Shown piece by piece: positions 10,871 through 19,956 of a stretch of DNA of 64,000 bases. The stretch's first letter is position 1. Each line of letters begins with the position of its first letter. This DNA comes from an uncultured bacterium. Lineage in GTDB: Bacteria; Krumholzibacteriota; Krumholzibacteriia; LZORAL124-64-63. Both the position numbers and the translations under genes were made by a program. Location of the stretch: NCBI GenBank assembly GCA_963732385.1, contig CAVSZB010000001.1, positions 31,890 to 95,889 on the forward strand, written 5' to 3'. The notes beneath the pieces were generated by a model that worked only from the letters and a program-made list of their open reading frames with translations, searched no databases and was not told the DNA's origin.

Positions 10871-11721
10871 GCGCGGTCGGCCGCTATCTCGGCCTCGTGA
10901 AATTCGAGCACACGCTGTTCGCGCTGCCGTTCGCGCTCATCGGCCTGCTCGTGGCGACGGCCGGGCGGCCGCCGGGACGCGTGCTGCTGTGGGTGGTCGT
11001 GGCGATGGTCGGGGCGCGCAGCGCCGCCATGGCCTTCAACCGCCTGGTCGATCGCGAGTACGACCGGCGCAATCCGCGCACCGCGGACCGGCATCTGCCG
11101 ACCGGCGCGGTCACGCCGCGCGAGGCGGCGCTCTTCACGGCGCTCGCGGCTGCCGTGTTCGTGCTTGCGGCGGAGCGTCTCAACCCGCTCTGCCTGGCGC
11201 TCTCGCCGGTCGCGCTGGCGGTCATCCTGCTCTACTCGTACACGAAGCGGTTCACCGAGGCTTCGCATCTGGTGCTCGGCCTGTCGCTGGCGATCGCGCC
11301 GGTCGGCGCGTGGCTCGCCGCAACCGGCCGGTTCGCCCCGTTCCCGCTCTGGACCGCCGCCGGCGTGCTCTGCTGGGTGGCCGGGTTCGACACGATCTAC
11401 GCCTGCCAGGACGTGGATTTTGACCGTCGGGCCGGCCTGCGCTCGCTCGCGGCGCGTCTGGGGGTGCGGCGGGCTCTGCTGGCGGCGAGGGGGCTGCATG
11501 TCGTCGCGGTGGTCTGCCTGGCGATCGCGTTCGGACGCGCGCCGGAACTCGGCGCGTCGGCGCGCGTCGGCGTGGCGATCATGGTGGCGCTGCTGGTCAT
11601 CGAGCACCGCCTCGTGCGCGTCGGCGATCTGGCGCACATCGACCGGGCCTTTTTCACGCTCAACTCGTGGATCGGCGTGATGCTGCTCGCCGCGGTGGCG
11701 CTGGACCTCTATCTGTTCTGA
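10867..11721 (+). CDS. UbiA-family polyprenyltransferase (MqnP-like)
   Basis: KFEHTLFALPF, NRLVDREYDRRNPRT, YSYTKRFT, FDTIYACQD. Confidence 0.9.
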   Translation: MSAVGRYLGLVKFEHTLFALPFALIGLLVATAGRPPGRVLLWVVVAMVGARSAAMAFNRLVDREYDRRNPRTADRHLPTGAVTPREAALFTALAAAVFVLAAERLNPLCLALSPVALAVILLYSYTKRFTEASHLVLGLSLAIAPVGAWLAATGRFAPFPLWTAAGVLCWVAGFDTIYACQDVDFDRRAGLRSLAARLGVRRALLAARGLHVVAVVCLAIAFGRAPELGASARVGVAIMVALLVIEHRLVRVGDLAHIDRAFFTLNSWIGVMLLAAVALDLYLF

Positions 11722-11827
11722 CCGCCGGTGCTGCCTCAGCAATGACGGTTCGAGGGGGGCGGCCGCGGACCTCGCCGGATCGCCCAATTCACGCCTGGAT
11801 GGGGGGCGATTTACCCGAGGAGGTCTC

Positions 11828-12424
11828 GTGATGAAATGGCTGCTGGTCGGCGTCCTGCTGCTCGCGGCCCAAGCCGTCTCTGCCCAGCCTTGCGATCCGC
11901 AGTCCAACGGCATCGGCATCTACTTCGACCAGCAGGGCTGCGACTACTGCGCGATGCCGGCCCCTTACACAACGGTTACCGGCTACGTCTTGGCTACGAA
12001 CGTGGATCCGAGCCTGGGCGGCATCTCCGGCTTCGAATTCAAGCTGTTGTGCGATCCGCTTCCACCAGCGCTTCTCGTCACCGTCCCGGGATATGTGATC
12101 CTGGACGACACGTTCCCGTTTTATCGGGTGCCACTGTGCGCGGAAAGTGCGCCGGCCATCAAGCTCGCGACCATCAGCATGCTGTGGATCGGCATCACCC
12201 CGATCCGGTTCGGTCTTGGTCCTCATGTGCCGTCCTCCGGCGATGGCACCAGCCCAATGATCGCCGCCGGAAACGACCCGACCCTGTTTGTTCCCCTGCG
12301 TTACTTCAGCCAGAACGTCCCCTGGCCGGGCGAGAACTACGGCTACACGGTGGCCTGGGTCGGCAACTGCCCGGTCGCCGTCGCGGATGCGAGTTGGGGG
12401 GGGATCAAGAGTCTCTTCCGGTGA
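11828..12424 (+). CDS. Secreted hypothetical protein with C-terminal SWGGIKSLFR tail
   Basis: Signal peptide, GAGGAGG RBS, IGIYFD beta-rich domain. Confidence 0.8.
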   Translation: MMKWLLVGVLLLAAQAVSAQPCDPQSNGIGIYFDQQGCDYCAMPAPYTTVTGYVLATNVDPSLGGISGFEFKLLCDPLPPALLVTVPGYVILDDTFPFYRVPLCAESAPAIKLATISMLWIGITPIRFGLGPHVPSSGDGTSPMIAAGNDPTLFVPLRYFSQNVPWPGENYGYTVAWVGNCPVAVADASWGGIKSLFR

Positions 12425-12619
12425 TCGCTCAGCGCCGGGGCAGACGACCGAGCAGGGAGAGGCCGGGACCGTTGTTTCTGTCAGGCCGGGCTTGCAGTTG
12501 CCGATAGAACTATGGGTCCGAATGCGATGGCACAGCCAGGGCAGCGTGTCCGGCAGGCCGTGATCGTTCCGGCCGTCGGCAAAGCGGAGGGGGGCGACGA
12601 CCGTCGCCCCCTTCCGCGT

Positions 12620-13483
12620 TCAGGGCTCGCGCCAGAGGATGTGGAAGCCGTACGGACTCTCCAGCATCTCCGAAACCTGTCCCGGCCGCAGCCGGAACAG
12701 CGCCTCATCAAGCGGTTGAGGCAGGTCGCCGGGCGCGAGCACGCCCAGATCGCCGCACCCGGTCGCGTTGCCCGCATCGTCGGAGAAGCGACGCGCCAGC
12801 CGGCAGAGATCGGCCCGGGGCGCGATCGCCTGCAGGCGCACCTCCGCCGCGAGCGCGAGCGCCTGCTCCTTCGTGCGGGTGACCGCGGAGGTGGCGAGGT
12901 CGGCTCCGCGCCAGGCGATCAGGATGTGATGGGCGTGGATCCGGACCACCGGCAGGCGTTTGATCACGTGCCAGCCGTAGACCGTCTCCACCACTCCGCA
13001 CGCTTCGCCTGGACGCAGGCGGAAAAGCACTGCCTCGAAGCCGAGGTCCATCTGGCCGTGTTCGATGATGCCGAGATAGCCTCCGGTGCGTGCCGCCGCA
13101 GGGTCGTCCGACCAGCGGAGAGCCAGCTCGGTAAAGTCCCCGCCCGGTTCGGAAGCCAGGCCGGCCGCACGCAGGGCGAGATCCTCCGCCTCGTCCCGGG
13201 TGCGGGTCACTCCGGGGCCCGCCCCCAGACAGCCGCGGTACTGGATGAGGATGTGCGCCGCCGCGGCCTCGCGGCCGCCCATGGTGTCGAACCGCGAAAT
13301 CCCGGGAGCCCCCTCCGAAGCGGTTCCGGACGGCGCCGCGGCAGGCGGAGCCGGCGCCTTCCGTTCGCCCCCGCAACCGGCCGCCAGGAGCAGCAGGAGG
13401 GCCAGAACGGTCGCGGTGGCCGACGGAGCGGGTCGGGCGGGCCGGCAGTGCCGGATCGGAGCCGCGGCAGATGGGTGGATCAC
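12620..13483 (-). CDS. Two-domain parvulin peptidyl-prolyl isomerase, probable lipoprotein
   Basis: Two HILI...G.LG...ET/ESxYGxH repeats; lipobox AAGC; GTG start after AGGAG. Confidence 0.88.
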   Translation of the reverse strand: MIHPSAAAPIRHCRPARPAPSATATVLALLLLLAAGCGGERKAPAPPAAAPSGTASEGAPGISRFDTMGGREAAAAHILIQYRGCLGAGPGVTRTRDEAEDLALRAAGLASEPGGDFTELALRWSDDPAAARTGGYLGIIEHGQMDLGFEAVLFRLRPGEACGVVETVYGWHVIKRLPVVRIHAHHILIAWRGADLATSAVTRTKEQALALAAEVRLQAIAPRADLCRLARRFSDDAGNATGCGDLGVLAPGDLPQPLDEALFRLRPGQVSEMLESPYGFHILWREP

Positions 13484-13586
13484 GGGCGAAACTCCTGGTT
13501 CAAGGATCTTGGTTCGGGGTCGATATAGCACAGGAACCGCGTACATGGCCACCACGGACCGGCATACCAGGCGCGAGGAGTGTCCC

Positions 13587-13961
13587 GTGATCCCCGATAT
13601 TCTAATGGTCGGAACCGATGTGCCCGTGCTGGATCAGAGCCGTCTGATGGATCAGTTCAGCGACGAGCCGGAAATCATTGACGAGCTGCGCGACCTGTTC
13701 CTCGATGACTTCCCGCAGCAGCTCGCGAAAATCCGCGCCGGCCTCGACTCCAACGATGCCAACCAGGTTGCGCGGGCCGCCCACAGCCTCAAGGGCGCCA
13801 GCGGTACGTTCGGCGCCGAGCGTGTCTACCAGGTATCCCTCTCGATGGAGCAGCTGGCCCGCGAAGGCAAGCTCGAGGGCGTAACCATGGGCTACGATCT
13901 CCTTAAGGACGAGCTGGACAAGGTCGTCTGCGCCATCCAGGAGTTGAATTCCGGCAGCTGA
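13587..13961 (+). CDS. Stand-alone Hpt phosphotransfer protein
   Basis: AAHSLKGASGTFGA; GAGGAG RBS. Confidence 0.9.
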   Translation: MIPDILMVGTDVPVLDQSRLMDQFSDEPEIIDELRDLFLDDFPQQLAKIRAGLDSNDANQVARAAHSLKGASGTFGAERVYQVSLSMEQLAREGKLEGVTMGYDLLKDELDKVVCAIQELNSGS

Positions 13962-13981
13962 AACGTCTTTCCCGACCCTGC

Positions 13982-14026
13982 GCGCCGGTTCGGCGATCCC
14001 ATCCGCCGGGCCGGCGCTACTGTTTT
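13982..14026 (+). terminator. Probable intrinsic terminator after the Hpt gene
   Basis: GC-rich hairpin GCGCCGG..CCGGCGC followed by TGTTTTG. Confidence 0.5.
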
Positions 14027-14027
14027 G

Positions 14028-14900
14028 TCAGGCCTCATCGCCGCCGTCGGGCGGCAGACCGTGGAAGCGCGGCCGCCCCAGCGCATCGAGAATACGTCGC
14101 GACAGCAGGTGGTAGATCTGCACCTCCCAGTTGACGATGCCGGCCCGCTGGTGCATCTGGCGCAGATAGGTAAGGAATTTCCGCCGCTCCGCGTCGCTGT
14201 AGCCGACCGCCGCCATCACCGCCGCGAAGTGCGCGTAGACCGTTTCCAGCTCCGCCTGGGACGGCAGCCGGGTGCCGCGGTGCGGATGGCTGACGGCGTG
14301 GGCGATGGCGGGGGGCACGGGGCGCGAGGCCTGTGCGGTGCGCGGAGCCGCCGCCGCGGCCAGGCACGCCCGACGGAGCTCCCACGCGTACAGCATGACG
14401 GCCTGCGCCAGGTTGAGCGACGGTTGGTGCTGCGCCATCGGCACGGTCGACTGGTAGCGGCAGAGGTTCAGCTCGTCGTTGGTCAGGCCGGTGCGTTCGG
14501 CCCCGAACAGCAGCGCCACCGGGCCGGCGGCGGCGTGGTCCGCCAGTCGCACGGCCAGCGCCTCCGGTGGCAGCAGGGCGCCTTTCCGGAGCTGGCGCGA
14601 GCGGCAGGTCGTGCCGGCCACGACGACCGCGTCGGCCACTGCATCGCGCACGTCGTCGAAGAGAACCGCCTGCTCGAGCAACTCCTCCGCGCCGTGCGCC
14701 AAAGCCAGCGCCTCGCGGCCGAGGTGGTCGTGGGGGCGCACCAGGCGCAGGCGGCGCAGCCCCATTGTCTTGAGCGCGCGGGCCGCGGCGCCGAGGTTCC
14801 CAGGTTCGGTCGTGTGGCTGAGGACGACAACGATGTTGTCCAGCGCGGAAGGTTCCGCGGGACGACCGGCGCGGCGCGTGGTGGAGGAGCTGTCGTTCAC
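14028..14900 (-). CDS. trmJ: TrmJ/LasT-family SPOUT RNA methyltransferase
   Basis: PGNLGAAARALKTMG, LFGAERTGLTNDEL, SLNLAQAV. Confidence 0.88.
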   Translation of the reverse strand: MNDSSSTTRRAGRPAEPSALDNIVVVLSHTTEPGNLGAAARALKTMGLRRLRLVRPHDHLGREALALAHGAEELLEQAVLFDDVRDAVADAVVVAGTTCRSRQLRKGALLPPEALAVRLADHAAAGPVALLFGAERTGLTNDELNLCRYQSTVPMAQHQPSLNLAQAVMLYAWELRRACLAAAAAPRTAQASRPVPPAIAHAVSHPHRGTRLPSQAELETVYAHFAAVMAAVGYSDAERRKFLTYLRQMHQRAGIVNWEVQIYHLLSRRILDALGRPRFHGLPPDGGDEA

Positions 14901-15041
14901 GTTGCACCCAGACGAGGACCCGCCCCCGGGCGAAGGCGGGTCCTGTTATCCGCCGGATGGCGGGAGGCTCGCCTGACGGTCGGCTGGCCCGGTTCCGAAG
15001 AGTCGGTTCGGTCCGGCGGCCGAAGGCCGCTCCGCCAAGCT

Positions 15042-15160
15042 GCCGGATGATTGAAGGAGCGACCTTGGAGGCGCGTGTCCGCCGCCCCAGGGTCCCGCCT
15101 GTCTTGATGCGGGAACTGCGGCGTCACGAGGGATCTCCGCCTTCGCTCCTCCGGCTTCAA
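15042..15160. ncRNA. Candidate structured RNA (long nested imperfect hairpin)
   Basis: Nested pairings GCCGGA/TCCGGC, GGAGCGA/TCGCTCC, AGGCG/CGCCT, CGCCGC/GCGGCG, CCCGC/GCGGG. Confidence 0.35.
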
Positions 15161-15169
15161 GTTACGGGA

Positions 15170-15199
15170 GACGGCCCCCCCGGCACAAGGGGGGCCGTC
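15170..15199. terminator. 11-bp hairpin just downstream of the minus-strand secreted protein gene
   Basis: GACGGCCCCCC-N8-GGGGGGCCGTC. Confidence 0.6.
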
Positions 15200-15222
15200 A
15201 ATATATCCGATCGACGCGCGCG

Positions 15223-17319
15223 CTACTTCGTCAACGCGATCTTCGCGAACTCCAGCAGCCCGGCGCCCGTGGCGCGCACCAGGTAGACGCTGCTCGCCAC
15301 GCTCCGGCCGTCGTCGCCGCGGCCGTCCCAGGTTACGCGCTGCGGGCCGGCCTCGCGGCGGCCGCTGAGCAGCGTGCGCACGTGCTGGCCGCGCAGGTCG
15401 AAGATCTCCACGGCGATCTCCCCGGCCGACGGCAGGGTGAAGGCGATCGTGGTGGCCGGATTGAACGGGTTGGGCGCGACGCGCAGGCCAAGGCCGGGGG
15501 CCGCCGGCGTTTCGTCGTCGACAGGGGTCAGGTCGTCCGCCAGCAGCCACATCGTCGCATTCAGGAAGAACTCGCGGTTGTTGCTGCCGGCCTCGGTCCA
15601 GTTGTTGACGTGCGGATCGCTGTCGGTGCCGTCGGCCGTGCTGGAGGAGTCGCCGTAGCCCATCACCTTGCCCGCGCCGTAGCGCGACCAGGCGGCGATG
15701 TTCACGTCGGGATTGCCGGTGTCGCCGTCCTTCCAGATGTGGCCGCCCACGCCGGTCAGGTACGGGTTTGCGGTCGGCCAGAGCGACATCACGTTGCCCA
15801 CGTGGTAGATCGTGGCGCTGACGTGCCCGTATTCGCCGTTGATGACCGGGTTGGCAGGGTTCGTGTCGACGTTGGAGAAGGTCCCAGTGATGGCGTTGTT
15901 CCCCTCGTCCTTCACGTGGAAGTGCAGGCCGAACAGCGCGCCGCAGAAGGTCTCCACGTCGGCGCCAACCGGCACCGAGATGTGCGGGATAGAGTAGCCG
16001 CCGAAGATGCTCGGCGAATCCCAGCCGTCGCTGTCACGGTCGCTGCCATTGTGGTTGGCCACGACGAAAAGCGAGCCGCCGTTGTACACGAAGGTCCCCA
16101 CCGCGGCGATCTCCGCCGCCGTGAACGGGTTCTGCGGCTCCACGATCACCAGCAGGTCGACCCCCGCCAGCACCGACGCGTCGAGCGGCGCGTTGCTGCT
16201 CTTGAGCGTGTGGCCCCGCAGGTAGAGCTCGTAGCCCCAGCTCGACAGCTGCCCGCTCCAGTCGGCCTCGCTCGTCGGGTTGGCCGGAAGTGGCAGCGGC
16301 GCGTTGTCGTCGATGCGCCAGTTTCCCTCGGTGCCGGCGTCCTGGCCGTGCGCGTGGTCGAACAGGACGACCTTTGCCGGTCCGGTCGTTCCCTGCACCC
16401 AGACGCTGTACACGCTCGTGGGGGCGTTGGCCGGGTCGCGCGTCTGCGCCGCCTCGTCGTCTTCGGCCAGGAGGTAGAACTCCAGCGTCGCGTTGCCGGT
16501 GAGCGGGTAGACGACGCCGCGCCAGCCGCTGCCGCCGGTGGCGGTCATGGCCTGCGCGGTGTACGTGCCGGCGCCGAAGCGCCAGTACATCTGCACCGAG
16601 GCCACCGTGCCGTCGCTGTCGGTGACACTGGTCGTCACGACGACGCTGTCGGTGAGCGTCGGCGCGGCCGGCGTGAAGGCAGTGCCGCTGATGACCGGCG
16701 CCAGGTTCGTCGTCCCGCCGCCGGCGACGTCGTAGTACAGCTCGACGAACTCATAGTAGTAGGCGTTGGTGCCGACCGTGGAGTCGTTCACCTCGCTGAT
16801 GACGACGCCGCTGGCGGTGCCGTCGGCCGCCTCGACGCCGGAGCCGGGCGTGGGGGCGCTGTCGATCGACGTCCAGGGCGCCGCCTCGGGATCGTCGCGG
16901 TGGAACGCCAGCGCCGGCGTGGTCGCTGGCAGCGCCGGGGTCGGACCGTCCTCGCTGACGCTTGCCGCGTTGACCAGCTCGAAGGTCTCCGCGCCGTTGA
17001 TCTGCGGCACGCCGGTCGCCGAGGCGGCGTGCGTCCGGTAGGTGACGTTCGATCCGAGCGTCACGCCGTAGTAGGCCTCGAACTGCCCCTGCGTGGCGTA
17101 GCGCGCCAGGATCAGGTAGCCGCCCGGCTGGATCAGGGTGCCGGCCGGGAAGGTCTCGGTCTGGGTCGAGTTCAGCTGTCGCAGCTGCCAGCCGCCGATG
17201 TCGATGGCGGTCTGGGCGGAGAGCGGCAGGCCGGCGGTCAGAACGGCGAGGGCGGCGCAGGCAGCCACGGAGGCAGCGCGGGCGCGCACCGACAGGCAGG
17301 CGGAAACGCAGTGCTTCAT
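15223..17319 (-). CDS. Secreted multidomain protein: lamin-tail-like + Ig-like + DUF4350/GATase-like + C-terminal FlgD-Ig domain
   Basis: Signal peptide; IGGWQL..FPAGTLIQPGGYLIL; VLFDHAHGQDAG; PNPFNPATTIAF..IFDLRGQHVRTL..WDGR. Confidence 0.82.
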   Translation of the reverse strand: MKHCVSACLSVRARAASVAACAALAVLTAGLPLSAQTAIDIGGWQLRQLNSTQTETFPAGTLIQPGGYLILARYATQGQFEAYYGVTLGSNVTYRTHAASATGVPQINGAETFELVNAASVSEDGPTPALPATTPALAFHRDDPEAAPWTSIDSAPTPGSGVEAADGTASGVVISEVNDSTVGTNAYYYEFVELYYDVAGGGTTNLAPVISGTAFTPAAPTLTDSVVVTTSVTDSDGTVASVQMYWRFGAGTYTAQAMTATGGSGWRGVVYPLTGNATLEFYLLAEDDEAAQTRDPANAPTSVYSVWVQGTTGPAKVVLFDHAHGQDAGTEGNWRIDDNAPLPLPANPTSEADWSGQLSSWGYELYLRGHTLKSSNAPLDASVLAGVDLLVIVEPQNPFTAAEIAAVGTFVYNGGSLFVVANHNGSDRDSDGWDSPSIFGGYSIPHISVPVGADVETFCGALFGLHFHVKDEGNNAITGTFSNVDTNPANPVINGEYGHVSATIYHVGNVMSLWPTANPYLTGVGGHIWKDGDTGNPDVNIAAWSRYGAGKVMGYGDSSSTADGTDSDPHVNNWTEAGSNNREFFLNATMWLLADDLTPVDDETPAAPGLGLRVAPNPFNPATTIAFTLPSAGEIAVEIFDLRGQHVRTLLSGRREAGPQRVTWDGRGDDGRSVASSVYLVRATGAGLLEFAKIALTK

Positions 17320-17412
17320 GAGGGGGCGTCCTTCATGGAAGAGGGTGTCGCGCGGGGGGTGTCAACTTGACCAATGATAACACGGGCGGGGAAGTTTTTC
17401 CCGAATCCCGGC

Positions 17413-18780
17413 TCAGGCGCGGGACAGGTAGGCCAGGGCCTCCACGTGCGCGGTCTGCGGGAACATGTCGAACAGCCGCAGACGGCGCAGGGCGTAGCCG
17501 CCCTTCGCCAGCGCCGCGACATCGCGCGCCAGGGTTGCCGGATCGCAGCTCAAATAGAGTACTTCGCGCGGGGCAAGCCGCTCGATCGCCGCGGTGACCG
17601 CCTCGCCGATGCCGGCGCGCGGCGGATCGACGAAAACGCACGCCCCGGCCCAGTCTTTGCGTGAGGGGTTCGCGGCCGTGGTCTGGGCCGCGGCTGTGGC
17701 AGAGTCCTCGTCTGCGCCCTCGGCCGCGCCGGCCCAGCCGGAAAGGGCCGTGGCTGCCGCGGCCTCGTGCACTTCCAGGGTCGCCTCCAGCCCTTTCGCG
17801 TGGACGGCGTTGATGCGCGCGTCGCGCACGGCGCCCCCTTCGGCCTCCACCATGAGCACGTGGTCGAAGCGATCGGCCAGGGCGAGCCCGAACAGTCCGA
17901 CGCCGCAGAAGACGTCAGCCAGCAGCCCGCCCGCCGGGCGCGCCTCGTGCAGCCAGGCCCGGGCTGTAGCGACGACCGCTTCGGTCTCGGCGGGGTTGCT
18001 CTGGAAAAAGCTGTTGGCGCCGACCCGGTAGGTCTGGCCCGCCAGGCGCACCAGCAGGTAATCGCGCCCCCACGCCGGCAGGTTGTTGAACAGGATTCCG
18101 GCGCAGCCCGGCAGCGGCGCTTCGCCTTCCGGCAGCCGCTTGAGGATCGCGCGCAGCAGGCGCAGCCGGTTGGGCAGGCCGAACATCGACACCAGGAAGC
18201 CACCGGCACCGTCGAGCCGCACGAGGACGTGCTGCACGGGCGGTATCGTGCGCAGCCACGGCAGGATCGTCTCGTTGAAGAGCGCCGGCATCTGCGGGCA
18301 GGTGTCGATCGGCACGACCTCCTGGCTGCCGCGGCGCAGCAGGCCGTGGCGACCGGTGTGGTCGGTGGAGAGCCGGATGCGGTCGCGATAGCCCAGTTCC
18401 GGCCCTGTCGGCGCCGGAGTCTCGAGCAGCCCGGTCACGTCGATTTTTCCCTGGCGGCGGAAACAGTCGACCACGATCTCGGCCTTGGCGGCCCGCTGTG
18501 TGACGCCGTCGAGGTGCTGCAGGTCGCAGCCGCCACAGGCGCCGAAATGCGGACAGGCCGGCGCCGCGACCCGGCCGGGAGCGGGAGTGAGCACCTCGAC
18601 GAGCTCCGCCTCGATGAAGCCGCGCTTGCGCCGCGTGATCCTGGCCCGCACGTGGTCGCCGGGGGCGGTCAGCGGGATGAACGCGGCCATCCCTGCGCAG
18701 CGGCCGAGACCGGCGCCGCCGGTGATCAGCTTCTCGATGGTCGTTTCAAAGAGGTCGGGAACGGGCAATTGTTCAGGCAT
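17413..18780 (-). CDS. rlmD: 23S rRNA m5U methyltransferase (RlmD/TrmA family, TRAM domain)
   Basis: CPHFGACGGC, SFFQSN, DVFCGVG, VDPPRAG, YLSCDPATLARD, DMFPQTAHVE. Confidence 0.9.
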   Translation of the reverse strand: MPEQLPVPDLFETTIEKLITGGAGLGRCAGMAAFIPLTAPGDHVRARITRRKRGFIEAELVEVLTPAPGRVAAPACPHFGACGGCDLQHLDGVTQRAAKAEIVVDCFRRQGKIDVTGLLETPAPTGPELGYRDRIRLSTDHTGRHGLLRRGSQEVVPIDTCPQMPALFNETILPWLRTIPPVQHVLVRLDGAGGFLVSMFGLPNRLRLLRAILKRLPEGEAPLPGCAGILFNNLPAWGRDYLLVRLAGQTYRVGANSFFQSNPAETEAVVATARAWLHEARPAGGLLADVFCGVGLFGLALADRFDHVLMVEAEGGAVRDARINAVHAKGLEATLEVHEAAAATALSGWAGAAEGADEDSATAAAQTTAANPSRKDWAGACVFVDPPRAGIGEAVTAAIERLAPREVLYLSCDPATLARDVAALAKGGYALRRLRLFDMFPQTAHVEALAYLSRA

Positions 18781-18947
18781 GATGCCGGCAAGGTAGCACG
18801 CTGGGAGGCGTGGGGCCAGAGTGAGGAGCGGTGGTCGGGGGACGGAGCCCTATCTGTACGGAGGATGCTACGGGAGCAAAAAGTGCGCGGGCCGTTCCGG
18901 CGGGCCTCCAGGAATCCGGTTATCCGCGCCGCGCTTGTATCGATTGC

Positions 18948-19580
18948 ATGGAGCGGCCTATTCTCAAATACGTCCGCCCTGTCGCCCGGGAAGGGGAGCC
19001 CGTGCCCGGAATATTCGCAGCCGCCCTGGCGCGGGTTGTCGCCTTCACCCGGGCCGCCCTGGCCCTGCTGGCCCTGCTGGCGCTGGCGGCCGTACTGGCC
19101 CAGGGCTGCGCACCCAAACGGGTATTCGGACCGGTTTCGACCGAAATCGGAAGCGTACCCGGTGCCGATCCGCGGGCGGCCGGACTCGGGCATGCTTCCG
19201 GCGACGAGGCGGCGCGAGGCGAGGCCGTGGCCCGGGAGGCGAGGGCGCTCGTCGGAGTTGCCTACCGGGTTGGCGGCGACACCCCCGAGGGTGGGTTCGA
19301 CTGCAGCGGATTCGTTCGTCACGTCTGCCTCGGGCAGGGGGTGCGACTGCCTCGCCAGACCCGCGACCAGGCCGGCGCCGGGCGGCCGGTTGCGCCGGGC
19401 GGGCTCTCTCCGGGCGACCTCGTTTTCTTCAGTGTGCGCGGACAGGGGGTTTCTCACGTCGGCATCTGGATTGGCGACGGATGTTTCGTGCATGCCCCGA
19501 AGGAGGGCCAGTCCGTGCGGGTGGAGCGGCTCGACGATCCCTATTGGTCGACGCGGTTCGCGGGCGGGCGCCGACCGTAA
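18948..19580 (+). CDS. NlpC/P60 (C40) peptidoglycan endopeptidase, probable lipoprotein
   Basis: GFDCSGFV, LPRQT, PGDLVFF, SHVGIWIG..FVHAP; start uncertain. Confidence 0.88.
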   Translation: MERPILKYVRPVAREGEPVPGIFAAALARVVAFTRAALALLALLALAAVLAQGCAPKRVFGPVSTEIGSVPGADPRAAGLGHASGDEAARGEAVAREARALVGVAYRVGGDTPEGGFDCSGFVRHVCLGQGVRLPRQTRDQAGAGRPVAPGGLSPGDLVFFSVRGQGVSHVGIWIGDGCFVHAPKEGQSVRVERLDDPYWSTRFAGGRRP

Positions 19581-19956
19581 GGGACGTCAGGACGAGCGCG
19601 GGACAGCCACCAGAACACACGGACATAGTTTATTATTCATATCATAATGCTTTATAATAAAGCCAAAAACATAAATAAATTGTTTATTTACGGGGCAATA
19701 AGGAAAAGGGCGCTGCCGGCCGCGGTTCCGGCGGTTTTCGCGCCGGAATCCCAAGGAAAAATCCCGCGACCGCAGCGCTGTGGCGCGGGTCGCGGGATTC
19801 TTCGGAAGATCGGCGGCGACGTGTCGCAAGGCTGTGCGAGCCGACTGTGTCGGCGCCGCCGCCGGATGACCGGGCGGCACGATCGCAGGCCGACAGGCGC
19901 TTGTCAAGTCTGGCGCCCGCCGCGACCTGGCGGCGGGCGTACCGGTGCCTGGGGCG

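Noticed and set aside
19620-19692. Possible dif (XerCD) site in the AT-rich island
   Set aside because: No ATAA-N6-TTAT arrangement with a XerD-like TTATGTTAAAT arm on either strand.
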